Source: Octopus sinensis (lineage: Eukaryota). From it: a stretch of 64,000 nt of DNA. The first letter of the stretch is position 1. Each line of letters opens with the position of its first letter. The stretch covers positions 17,112,001 through 17,176,000 of the forward strand of contig NC_043012.1 of the NCBI RefSeq assembly GCF_006345805.1. Reading direction: 5' to 3'. Positions 1 through 11,472 of the stretch are shown here, in pieces. The position numbers were made by a program, and so were the translations under genes. The notes below the pieces were generated by a model, which was not told the DNA's origin, searched no databases, and worked only from the letters and a program-made list of their open reading frames with translations.

Positions 1-698
1 TTGTGTTGGCAGTAGTTTATGCTGAGAACAGCAGTGAAGGTGGGGGTGATGGTAATGATGAAGATGGTAATGATGGTTGTGGTGATGCTGGCTTGATCGT
101 TTTTGTTGGAGGTGGTGCTGCTACTGATAATGATGATGGTAGTGATCGGAGAAGATAATTGGATGTAGTTTGCTTGTCATCAGGATTACAAAATTGATTG
201 ATCATCTCCAACAAAAAATGAACCCGAAACGAAACGAAAAGACAAAAAAAGACAGAAAACAAAACAAAAAAAAACCCAAACAACCAAACAAAAATAAACA
301 AGAAAAACAAGCAAAATAAGCCCACCCCCAACACAGAAATCAATACCCATCCCCCACTTTTCACCATGAAAAACAAACAAAACGGAAATGCCATCAAAGA
401 CACCCCTCCTAATCAGCCGATAAATTTATTGAATGAAGCCATAGTAAAGTTCGATTACTTCAGAAAGTGTGCCATTTATCAATGCTCACAGGAAAAAAAA
501 ATATTTATATTTTATATTTTGCTTGAATTTTAATTATGTTTTTGTCTGGTTTATTTTATTTCATTTTCTAATTAATTTTTTAAAAATTAATTTTGAAATA
601 GTAGTATAGTTGTTGCTGATTTCGTTTAACTACAACAAGGAACTCCGGGTGAAAACAACCTATTTCCAGTAAAACTTTCAGATTCAGAATCTCATGTC

Positions 699-924
699 TC
701 ATGCGCCGAACACCACAGAACAAACGGTTAACTCCCTTGGATGTCGTTTCAATGGGTAACTGAAGATGATTGACATTACAGATGTTATAAACTTAAACAA
801 AAGCCTTTAGCGTAGTTCCTTCTATAGTAAACTCTCTGTTCAGTTGTCTCCCATCACACGTTTTATTACCAGATGTTACGGTTACGCAACATCCGCATGA
901 TTTCCTCCTTCTTTGAAAAGCGCG
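699..924 (-). CDS. Candidate pair of small spliced exons (924-870 and 759-699) of an unidentified gene
   Basis: Minus strand: ctttgacatttccAG acceptor, ctg|GTaata donor, 110-nt intron, aatcatcttcAG acceptor. One phase gives RFSKKEEIMRMLRNRNICYPLKRHPRELTVCSVVFGA*. No recognised homology. Confidence 0.25.
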
Positions 925-964
925 CTGGAAATGTCAAAGGTCATTATATATTATATATTATCAT

Positions 965-1200
965 ATTCTTTTATTCTTTTATTTGTTTCAGTCATTTGAC
1001 TTCGGCCATGCTGGAGCACGGCTTTCAGTCTAGCAAATCGACCCCAGGACTTATTCTTTGTAAGCCTAGTACTTATTCTATTGGTCTCTCTTGCTGAACC
1101 GCTAAGTTACGGGGACGTAAACAGACCAGCATCGGTTGTCAAGCGATGTTGGGGGGACAAAAACAGACACACAAACATATACATACATATATACATACAC
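965..1200 (-). mobile_element. SINE group B, 3' half
   Basis: Reverse complement of the tail seen in full copies at 48567 and 37715 (cagtcatttgac..ggccatgctggagcac..gaccccaggacttattctttgtaagcc), ending in a microsatellite. Confidence 0.85.
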
Positions 1201-1469
1201 ACACACACACATATGCATATATACATACATATATGTACGTACTTACATATATATGTATATGTTTATGCATATATGGGTACAGGACGTCACAAAACATAAA
1301 CAACATGAAATACGAAAACATGAAATACAAACTTGGGTGTACAAACAACGAGAGAAACAAATGGAAAACAAGACAAGTAACATAAAGAAAGACCCTTCAT
1401 CAGTTGTCGGCTGTTTATCCACCACACATTTCGAGCAATATGTGTGTGTGTGTGTTTGTGTGTATGTGT

Positions 1470-1620
1470 GTGTGTGTTTGCATTTGTCCACCACCAGCGC
1501 TTGAGAACAAGTGTTGGTTTGTTTACGACCCCTTAACTCAACTGTTCGACAAATGAGACCGATAAGTTTCAGGATTAAAACATACGTACTGAGGTCGATT
1601 TGTTCAACTAAGCCCTTCGA
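1470..1620 (+). mobile_element. SINE group B, degenerate 3' half
   Basis: cgcttgagaacaagtgttggtttgtttacg...gagaccgataag...gaggtcgatttg matches the group B tail. Confidence 0.6.
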
Positions 1621-1840
1621 TGCGTTATCCCACCAAATATAAGTGAGTAAATAAACCAACAGTCACTACTTTCAAACGAATCTTATGTACATAAATAAAC
1701 ACAATGAAATAACTTCTATCTGATATTAAAACTGTTAGCACTCGCTTTGCAGAAGATGCCGAGCGAAGTATATAAACATAGTTTTTCAGCGTTTAATTAT
1801 AGCGATTATTTACAAATGAAGTTATGTTTATAGATACTTA

Positions 1841-2350
1841 GTAGAATTAGCCATATAGTAGAATTGGTTCGACTGTGGCTTTGAAGATTTTAAGTTTGAA
1901 AAATCTTCAAAAATCTTCAAAGCCACAGTCGAACCAATTCTACTACATGGCTCAGAAACCTGGACGTTATCAAAGAAGCTTGAGAGGCGGTTGGATGGAA
2001 CTTACACTCGCCTCCTTATGAGAGCTCAAAATCTCTCGTGGAAGCGTCATCCAACCAAAGTACAAATATATGGGAAAACTATCACCTGTATCATCTCTTG
2101 TGAAAGGTAGGAGAGTCCAGTTTGCTGGACATTGTTATAGAGCTGAAAACGAGGCAATTTCTACTCTTCTCCTCTGGAAGCCATCTATTCGTGATACCAG
2201 AGGGCGCACACTCTCCTGCCCTGATGTAACCTCCAGGGATACAGGCATCCAGCAACAGGACCTCCGTAATGCTATGATGGACCGTGAAGTCTGGCGTAGC
2301 ATAGTAAATTCCATTGTCTCGACCACGGTCGAACAATGATGATGATGATG
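1841..2350 (+). mobile_element. 5'-truncated RTE-clade LINE with (GAT)n tail, 11-bp TSD and 5' inverted segment
   Basis: Translates KIFKATVEPILLHGSETWTLSKKLERRLDGTYTRLL...RRVQFAGHCYR...DREVWRSIV (RTE C-terminus). (gat)n tail; atagatactta at 1830-1840 and 2351-2361. Confidence 0.85.
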
Positions 2351-2357
2351 ATAGATA

Positions 2358-2723
2358 CTTAAACATGGTTGTTCCGTAAGAACCGACGTTACTGCTATTT
2401 TAAACCCCATTAGGACGCCTCCTCCAGCCGGTTATTCGATGCAGTCTCAACCCGATACATATTGTAAGCAGGGGAGTTAACCCCTACCAACTTCCAGCCA
2501 CGAGGCCACCAGATCGTATGGTTTCAACCTCTTTGTTGTCATCCTCCGTGGTGGATACTTGTTCTCTTTAGACGGCATAGTTTCTTCCAGCTCGCAGTAT
2601 CTAGAAATCAAGTCACATGCAGTTACTGATTTTGCAACAAGCAAATCAGCTAACTGGTGGAGGCATCCTCCTGGGGTTAAAAATAGCAGTAACATCGGTT
2701 ATTACGGAACAGCCATGTTTAAG
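2358..2723. mobile_element. Non-autonomous DNA transposon (MITE) with about 70-bp imperfect TIRs
   Basis: cttaaacatggttgttccgtaagaaccgacgttactgctattttaaacccc versus ggggttaaaaatagcagtaacatcggttattacggaacagccatgtttaag. Confidence 0.8.
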
Positions 2724-2823
2724 TGACAATAAGCAGTACTCCTCAGTATAGCCCCTGCTTTCACCTCTTACAGAGACTTACTAACGAGCTAATTTGTTTA
2801 TTTACAAATGGTTATATATTTAG

Positions 2824-2995
2824 TGAAAGCGCGTTACCTAGTGGTTAGGATGTGACACTTACGATCGTAAAATCAGGGTTTCGATTCCTGGAACGAGTAG
2901 TTCTCGAGCAAAACGCCTCGTTTCATGTTGATTTAGTCCACTCAGCTGTAAACGAGTAACTCTGTGATGGACTAGCGTTCCGTCCAGGGGGATTG
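2824..2995 (+). mobile_element. Degenerate tRNA-headed CORE-like SINE
   Basis: A box tagtggttagg, B box gtttcgattcc, then gagcaa...agtccactcagctgtaaacgagta (CORE-like). Confidence 0.55.
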
Positions 2996-3599
2996 TTGTG
3001 ATTTCGGTTATTTATCCGCTACGGGAACGAAGTAACTGAACAGAGAACACGAGACAGTACCGTCCAGAGGACTTACCATATGTTTTATTCTTTAACCTTT
3101 TTCAGCCATTGAACTATAGCGATGCTGGGGCATCGCCTTGAAGGGTTTAGGCGACCAACTCAACCCTAGTACTTGCGTTTTTTAAATATAGCACTTAATA
3201 TATCAGTCTTTTTTCCTTTGCCGAACTGCAAAATGATGTGGATGTAAACAAACCAGCCTCAGTTGCTAAACGATGTTGGTTTGTTCATGACAACCATATC
3301 TTTTGGTGTTAAAATTACAAATTCTCTCTTTTGATTACTAAACTGGAGAAATAAGGTCAGAATTAGCAATCATGCCCACCACTCCATGAATAGTGACTTT
3401 GATGTTGCTGGTATCCAAATTAAATGTCTGTTGCTGTTATTTATCTCAAAATAATGCAAGACATGCGGTTTCTTAAATTTTTATTCGACTAACGTCCTCA
3501 TCATATTCCTCTCATCGGTTTTGCTTCGGACCCATTGTGTGCAGGACTACACCAACCCGTATTTTGTGGTTCAGATCAGTTCTTTTTTTTTTCGGCTCT

Positions 3600-4275
3600 T
3601 TCAGGCATAGCAGTATGGTTGAGTAGCTTGCTTCACAACCATGTGGCATTGTGTTCAATCCCACAGCACGGCGCATTTTCCAAATGTCGTTTACTGTAGT
3701 CCCGGGCCGACTAATGCCTTGTGAGTGAATTTCGGTGGCAGAAATTTGTATGGAAGGCCATCGCGTGCCCGCGCGCGTATGCGTGTGTGCGTGCGTATGT
3801 GCGTGTGTGTGTGTGCATCTTTTTTCTTTTAATTGTTTCAGTAATTTGACTTCGACCATGCTGGGGCACAGCCTTGTAGAATTTTAGTCGACCCCAGGAC
3901 ATATTTTGTAAAACCTGGTACTTATTTTATCGGTCTCTGTTGCTGAGCTGCTATTCTATGGGGACGTAAACATACCAACACCAATCATCAAGCAGTGGTG
4001 GTGGTGGTGGTGGGGAAACACAGACACAAAAACACACACATACATACATACATACATACATGTAAGCATGTATGTGGGATTTCTTTGTGTTTGTCTCTCA
4101 ACATTTAATAGCCGGTATTGGTTTGTTTATGTCCCCGTAAGTTAGTGATTCAGCAAAAGAGACCCGATAGAATAAGTAACGGCTTAAACTAAGTATTGAA
4201 GTTGAGTTGTTCGACTAAACGCTGCTCCAGCATGGCGCCAGTTCAATGACCGAAACAAGTAAACGATAAAGAAAA
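3600..4275. mobile_element. Cluster of SINE group B pieces: + head (3600-3770), - tail (3822-4030), + tail (4085-4275)
   Basis: Each piece aligns by eye to the full copy at 48567-48990. Confidence 0.7.
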
Positions 4276-4389
4276 AAAGATAGAAGATAAAGTCAACGCA
4301 AGTACATCAAGAAGCAAATTATGAAAGACGTCCCAACCGTGACCATTCCATCTCATTTTTTAAAAACCTAGTATGAGTAAGATTATATA

Positions 4390-4622
4390 TTTCTTTACTA
4401 GCCACAAGGGGCTAAACATAGAGGGGACAAACATGGACAGACGAAGGGATTGAGTCGATTATATCGCCCCCCCAGTGCGTAACTGGTACTTAATTTATCG
4501 ACCCCGAAAGGATGAAAGGCAAAGTTGACCTCGGCGGAATTTGAACTCAGAACGTAACGACAGACGAAATACCGCTAAGCATTTCGCCCGGCGCGCTAAC
4601 GTGTCTGCCAGCTCGCCGCCTT
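4390..4622 (-). mobile_element. SINE group A monomer
   Basis: Reverse complement of ggcggcgagctggcag...gagttcaaattccgccgagg...tttcatcctttcggggtcgataaattaagtaccag. Confidence 0.9.
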
Positions 4623-5191
4623 TATGAGCAAGATTATAGTATTGAAATACATCTTTCCATACATTAAAAAAACAAACAAAAAACAGAAAAGGGTGATAGG
4701 ATATGATTTGAGGGAATTTAGGCTGCTATCTTAAGCATATTGAGCAAACGCATAGAAACTCCCTTACTGTGTTGCGTATGCATGTATGCGAGGATGGTTC
4801 TGAGTAGTAAGTCTAGCAGCTGCATTGTCCTAGATATTTGAGGAATACAAGGCTGCAATAATATTCGTGCAGCTTTTCTTTAGAAACGTTGGCAACGGCG
4901 GTAGAGTTGCATCAAGCGAGAACCGGAACCGGAATATTTGTCTCATCTCTGTAGAAGCTTATCTATTGATCTTCGGCGCTCGCATGCCAAAATAGTTAAG
5001 CCATAACAAGAATACATATATGTATATAAATATATATATTATATAATTTATATATATATATTATTATATATTATATATATATATATATTATATATTATCT
5101 ATATCTATATATATGAAAGTAATGTATGTGTGTATTATATATATATTGTGCGTATATATATGAATATAGGTACATATATATGTGCATATGG

Positions 5192-5248
<57 letters not shown>

Positions 5249-6118
5249 TATATATGTATACTTATATATTTATAGATACGTCTATGTCTGTATATATTAT
5301 ATATATAATATAATGCATGTATGTGTATGTGTGTATATACATACACGCACACGCACATATTTATACACATACATACATACTTACCTATTCATATACATAT
5401 ACATATATATATATATATATTATATATATATATTATATATATATACATACATACACACATAGGTACACATATACATTCATACGTGCATACATACACACAG
5501 ACAGACATGCATACATAGATTTATATATACATATATATATATACATATGTATTTAGATACGTAAACGCACACACACATATATGTATATATGCGTACAGTC
5601 ATTCATATATATATGTATATACATACATACATATACGCATTATATTCATATATTTAGTGTTTTTCTTCTCTGCTCGACGTGTAAAGCTAAAAAGTGTTTT
5701 TCCCAATATTTCACTGATTTTTACCAACCAAGCATTAAACTGTAGAAATATTTTTTCCGACATTTTCATTTCTATATTTATTTGTGTATTTATGTATATT
5801 TTTGCTTCATTTCTTTCTAATTTTTTTTCTTGTGTTTTTTGCATTTTTGGGTGTTGAAACTACAAGTTGTTACTCTTTTTTTTTTTCGCTATTTCTCTTT
5901 CTCTTTTCTTTTTTTTTTTCTTCTTCTTCTCTAACACAAACCAATCAACCAGCCACCTAACCGGCCCACCGCAGCCGACCACCCCCATCAACCTACCTAC
6001 CTACCAGTTAACCGACCGCCGCAGCCAACCGACCAAACTAACAAACAAACTCACCAACAAACAGTCTTTCAAATGTAACAATCCATCCAAAAGCCAAGCC
6101 AAATGTGTACCTCGTCAC

Positions 6119-6215
6119 CATGAGCTGTCTAGAGCAATGATGCCAAAACCAATAAATGGCCAAACGATGCCAGATACGATTGATTTATCAACCATTTCAT
6201 ACAGGCGCAGATTTT
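6119..6215 (-). CDS. Candidate exon (phase 1 to phase 2), hydrophobic peptide
   Basis: ctcattcactccgtAG acceptor, catg|GTgacg donor; xNLRLYEMVDKSIVSGIVWPFIGFGIIALDSS. Unique sequence, no recognised homology. Confidence 0.2.
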
Positions 6216-6449
6216 CTACGGAGTGAATGAGTGAGTTTGAGCGGTCATTTTGCATCACTTCAAGCTTCGCTGATTTCAATACCCCTTGCATCCCACCCAA
6301 CACACATTCACTCGCACACACAAATACGCAGACATACCAGTTTTTTTCCTCTCTCTCTCTCTCTTGCAAACAGCTCACATTTACCCTTTCATCTTTATCT
6401 CTCTTTCTCTCCCTCTGCCAGACCCCACTCTCCTTCTCATTTCCTTACC

Positions 6450-6486
<37 letters not shown>

Positions 6487-6792
6487 CTCTATTCAATCCA
6501 AACAGACCCGACCCTCATCCTTCTCCATCATCGTTGCTTTCTGAATCATTAGCTGCCATTATGGCCAAGAATTTGTTACACCAACAAATCACTACCATCT
6601 GATGTATTCTCCTTCAACATACATATTATATATCAATATGTATACTCACACGCACACAAACTCTCATATGTATGTGTATATTGAGGTATATATGTATACA
6701 CACACACACGCACATATATATACACACATATACATGCATATATATATATATATATATATCCTATACCTACATACCTACCTACCTACCTATAT

Positions 6793-6823
<31 letters not shown>

Positions 6824-6976
6824 CTTAAAAATATCTTATTTGCTTTATCGATTATATTCCTACATGAACAAATCTTTGCTACACTGGCAGGGAAAGAGGT
6901 ATATATATACACACCCATAAAAAATATTGCAATATATGCATGTATGCACACATTCATAATCGTATATGCACACACA

Positions 6977-7024
<48 letters not shown>

Positions 7025-7436
7025 TTACATACACACATATGTTATATATATATATATATATGTGTGTGTATATATACGTATGTACACTGACGCGAACACA
7101 CCTAGACACTGAAAGGCACATAGGTGTGTGGCTTGTGATTCATGCCACACAGACATACGTATGTAAAAGATGTTTTAGTTGTAACGGCAGATATTCTATG
7201 AGATTCTGTGCCTACATACAGAGACACAGAATTATTTATGCGTGTACAAACTTATATGTATTATATACTTAAGTTATTCCTGTGAAGTAAGAATATTTAC
7301 AAATTATACATTCGTCCGCGCACACACGCACACACACACACGCACGCACGCACACGTACGTACACAGACACACAATTAAATACATCCATATACTTCAATC
7401 AAACATCAATACATGAAAAAATGTATGCGTATATAT

Positions 7437-7478
<42 letters not shown>

Positions 7479-7660
7479 ACACACACACACTTACACACAC
7501 ACGCATATATGTATATATATATATGCGTGTAAAAAAGATACGAATTATAGTTGCTTATTTTCATTCATGCATATATGTTTTCCTACGTGTATGCAGATGT
7601 ATATACATGTATGTATATATATATATAATATATATATATATAATATATATATATATATAT

Positions 7661-7709
<49 letters not shown>

Positions 7710-8719
7710 CTACGTATATATATGTGTGTGTATGTGTGTGTATATACACACATACAAATACACATATACATATGCGTGCGTGTATACATAGAAAGAAATA
7801 CACATATATGTAACTCATATGTAGCATTTATATTATGTAATATACATACACATGTATATATTTATGTAAGCGTATAAATACACATCCATCCATCCACACA
7901 CGCATACAGACATACGTACGGACCCCCCTCCCTCCACAGAGTCTCACTAAACATAATGCATCTCTCCCGACTTCATTACTCTAACCATCTTTCTACTAGC
8001 ATAGTAACACAAGCTGTTATTCCACATACAAAGCTTTAATTAACAATTAGTCGAATTGTTATACTGCTGGAAATTTGCCTTCCGGTATTTATATATAAAA
8101 AAAAAAATCACATTTCTAATATTTTGATTAAAGGTGAGCATTCGAGAAATGTAAAATTATATTTCTATGGTTACTAGGAGATTCAGATCTTCTGTAGGTA
8201 CAAAATTGTCTATTGGTATTTTCAGTCTTGGTTATAATTAGTGTGACAGTGATTGTCAATTTGGAAATCAATTAGCCAAGTGGTAATATATATAACTTGG
8301 CATCAAGTTTCAAACTGTGCAATATGAAGTTCAAATCCACTATACGTGTTTAGAACGATTTGATTTTAATCTTAAGCATTTCTCCTAATGAAAATGTACA
8401 GTCCATTATTTACATTTTGACCGACTGTTGTCAAATGTAAATAATGTACATAATTCCTCATCTCTTAAATATAGAACTACATGTACAGTCCTTAAAATTA
8501 TTGTTGTGATTTTTTAATTTTGTGATGAAATGAATGCATTTTGTCAAGTTTGTTTATGAATTAAATGTGACCAACAAGTGAAAGAATAACAATAATACAC
8601 AATTCAAGAAATTCTTTATTTCAGGGGATCTTGAAAATCCATGAATAAAATTTATTCATGGATTTTCAAAAAATGCCATGTTCAAATTTATTCATATCCT
8701 AGGTTTACTGAATCCAATA

Positions 8720-9270
8720 TCTTCTTTTAATAATCAATAGCATAGCCTTTGTTTTTTTTAAGACTGCTTCTAGACGATTCCTTTACGTGTCCACCACAAG
8801 TTTCCTGTGAGATGTTGGCCCGCTCTTTCTTGGTGAAAGCCTTGAGCTCGGTCAAGTTTGTCGGTTTCTTAGCCATTGCTCTGGTCTTCATGTCTCACCA
8901 CAAGTTCTCGAACAGATTCAGGTCAGGACTCTAACTTGGCCATTCTAGGACGATGACGTCATTGTCTTTGAATCAGTTCTTCACTTCCTTGGCGGTATAT
9001 TTCGGATCATTGTCCTGCTGGTACTTCCAGCTGTGGCCGAGATGAAGTTTCTCAGCAGATTCCTTCACGTTTTCATCAAGGATCCTGATGTAATCCTCCT
9101 TTCTCGTGATTCCTTGACTTTGACATGGCTTTCTGTGCCCCTGGAAGAGAAGCACCCTCATAGCATTATGTTTCTACCACCATGCTTGACGGTAGACACA
9201 GTGTTCTTCGGCTTCTATGCTTCTCCTTTCTCCCTCCAGACGTATTTAGCATCCATATGGCCAAATAACT
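8720..9270 (-). pseudogene. Tc1-family (DD34E) transposase remnant
   Basis: ...TVKHGGRNIML*GCFS... then WKYQQDNDPKYTAKEVKN*...LEWPS*SPDLNLFENLW; stops and frameshifts. Confidence 0.85.
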
Positions 9271-9482
9271 TCGCCTGCTGATTTGGTGCTGCCAGGAGAC
9301 GTTCCCTTTTCAATCTTTTTTTCCCTAAGGATTAGCCCAGCGTGCGTCCTCCTTGGAGGTGACAGACTGGTGAATGGTTTATTGATAATCCTCGAGGCTT
9401 TAGTGGACTATTTACGATTGTCAATGCGTAAGGAATGGAGTGATTTCTTCAGAGAGTGACGGCACTACTTTTTTGTGACATA

Positions 9483-9687
9483 TTCTTTTCTACTCTAGGC
9501 ACAAGGCCCGAAATTTTTGGGGAGGGGACAATCGATTAGATCGACCCCAGTACGCAACTGGTACTTAATTTATCGACCCCGAAAGGATGAAAGGCAAAGT
9601 CGACCTCGGCGGAATTTGAACGCAGAACGAGAAATACCGCTAAGCATTTCGACCGACGTGCTAACGATTCTGTCAGCTCGCCGCCTT
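9483..9687 (-). mobile_element. SINE group A monomer (second tail type)
   Basis: ttctactctaggcacaaggcccgaaattt...gaaaggatgaaaggcaaagtcgacctcggcggaatttgaac...agctcgccgcc. Confidence 0.9.
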
Positions 9688-10230
9688 TTTGGTGACGCAT
9701 ATTGGCTCGTAGAAAGTTCGCATACAGTTAAGCCATGCGCAGGCTATCGGGTCCTTTGTCATAGAAACGTTCCTTGCTGGTGATTGTTTGTGTGTTAGAG
9801 GACTTCAGTATTGCTATAATTGCAAAGTTGGTCAAATGGATGCTGAAGAAGATGTGGAGGAAGCGTTCAACGAGTCGTTGTGTTGCCGGTAAGTACTATA
9901 CATCACAGAGCCGTACAGGAGAATGGTCAGTGCAATGGCCCAGTACAAAAGCTGGTCTTCGTACTTTTTCTTCAGATGCTAGCTGTTCCAGGTTAATTTG
10001 TGCAGTCTTTCGAATGCCATGTTTGTTATTGCTAGTTCCCCCCCCCCAACTTCATCTTTCAGTTTATAATTATTGTTTGATATTTCTACTTTTAGGTGAT
10101 CCCAAAATATTTCTAGAGAGGAATTTGTATGGGAGTTCGGATCCTGAAACCTTAACTGAAGATTCATCGGGAAATCCGCTTTCATTCCTGCAGACTGGCT
10201 GCTACCATTAAGTATTTACTTCTTGGTTTA

Positions 10231-10432
10231 AGGCGGTGAGCTGGCAGAATCATTAGCACGCTTATCGTCTGCCGCTACGTTCTGAGTTCAAATTCCGCCG
10301 CAGTCGACTTTGCCTTTCACCCTTTCGGGGTCGAAACAATAAGTACCAATTGAATACTGGGGTCGATGTAATCGACTTCTCCCCTTCCCCGAAATTGCTG
10401 GACTTGTGCCAAAATTTGAAATCAATATTTAT
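10231..10432 (+). mobile_element. SINE group A monomer (third tail type)
   Basis: aaggcggtgagctggcagaatc...gagttcaaattccgccg...gaaattgctggacttgtgccaaaatttgaaatc. Confidence 0.85.
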
Positions 10433-10891
10433 TTCTTGGTTTATTTTTCCATGTCCCACTGCTTACAATATTCACACTTAAACTTCTGTATGTTTATACG
10501 AATCTACTGAACGCTCTTAAACTGAATCATAAAAATAATATCATAATATATTTTATAGAAAATTTACTTATATGAACTTCTATGTTAATTTAAAATGTTT
10601 CAGAATCTAGAATTTTGTCTGAGCTGATAATATTTTTCTTTTAAGCTTTCATAAATAGGAAAACTATTTCAGTGTAACTTCATAAACATTCGTTCTTTCT
10701 CGTTTTGCGATAATTACAGCGTGTATAAAAGTATCGAAATCACTTAATACAGTCTCTCTCTTTGCCTGAAGAATAACGTGTAAGATAGGAAACTAAAGCT
10801 TAGGACAAGATATATAAGATGTCTCTATTTTAATTTGTAACTCATGATATGTTTTTCTATGTCCTTATGTTTACATTATTTACATTCTTCT

Positions 10892-11472
10892 AAGGCGCGA
10901 GCTGGCAGAAACGTTAGCACGCCGGGTGAAATGCTTAGCAGTATTTCGTCTGCCGCTACGTTCTGAGGTCAAATTCCACCGAGGTCGACTTTGCCTTTCA
11001 TCCTTTCGGTGTCGATTAAATAAGTACCAGTTACGCACTGGAGTCGATATAATCGACTTAATCCGTTTGTCTGTCCTTGTTTGTCCTCTCTGTGTTTAGC
11101 TCCTTGTGGGTAGTAAAGAAATAGGTATTTCGTCTGCCGCTACGTTCTTAGTTCAAATTGCGCCGAGGTCAACTTTGCCTTTCATCCTTTCGGGGTCGAT
11201 TAAATAAGTACCAGTTACGCACTGGCGTCGATATAATCGACTTAATCCGTTTGTCTGTCCTTGTTTGTCCCCTCTGTGTGTAGCCCCTTGTGGGCAGTAA
11301 AGAAATAGGTATTTCGTCTGTCTTTATGTTCTGAGTTCAAATTGCGCCGAGGTCGACTTTGCCTTTCATCCTTTCAGGGTCGATAAATTTAGTACCAGTT
11401 GCGTACTGGGGTCGATTTAATCGACTGGCCCCATCCCCCAAAATTTCGGGCCTTGTTCCTAGAGTAGAAAAG
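10892..11472 (+). mobile_element. SINE group A trimer flanked by 17-bp TSD
   Basis: One head, then 184-bp units starting gtatttcgtc at 10941, 11125 and 11309. attatttacattcttct at 10875-10891 and 11473-11489. Confidence 0.9.

Noticed and set aside
17-403. 128-aa minus-strand ORF
   Set aside because: Built from (GAT/GGT)n and A-rich low-complexity runs; no domain.
1385-1440. ctcgaaat...ctgatgaagg on the minus strand (similar at 23515-23560 and 57325-57345) as a permuted hammerhead
   Set aside because: No convincing stem I or stem II pairing; kept only as a PLE-type terminal fragment.
10941-11400. CRISPR-like array
   Set aside because: 184-bp tandem SINE units without unique spacers, in eukaryotic DNA.
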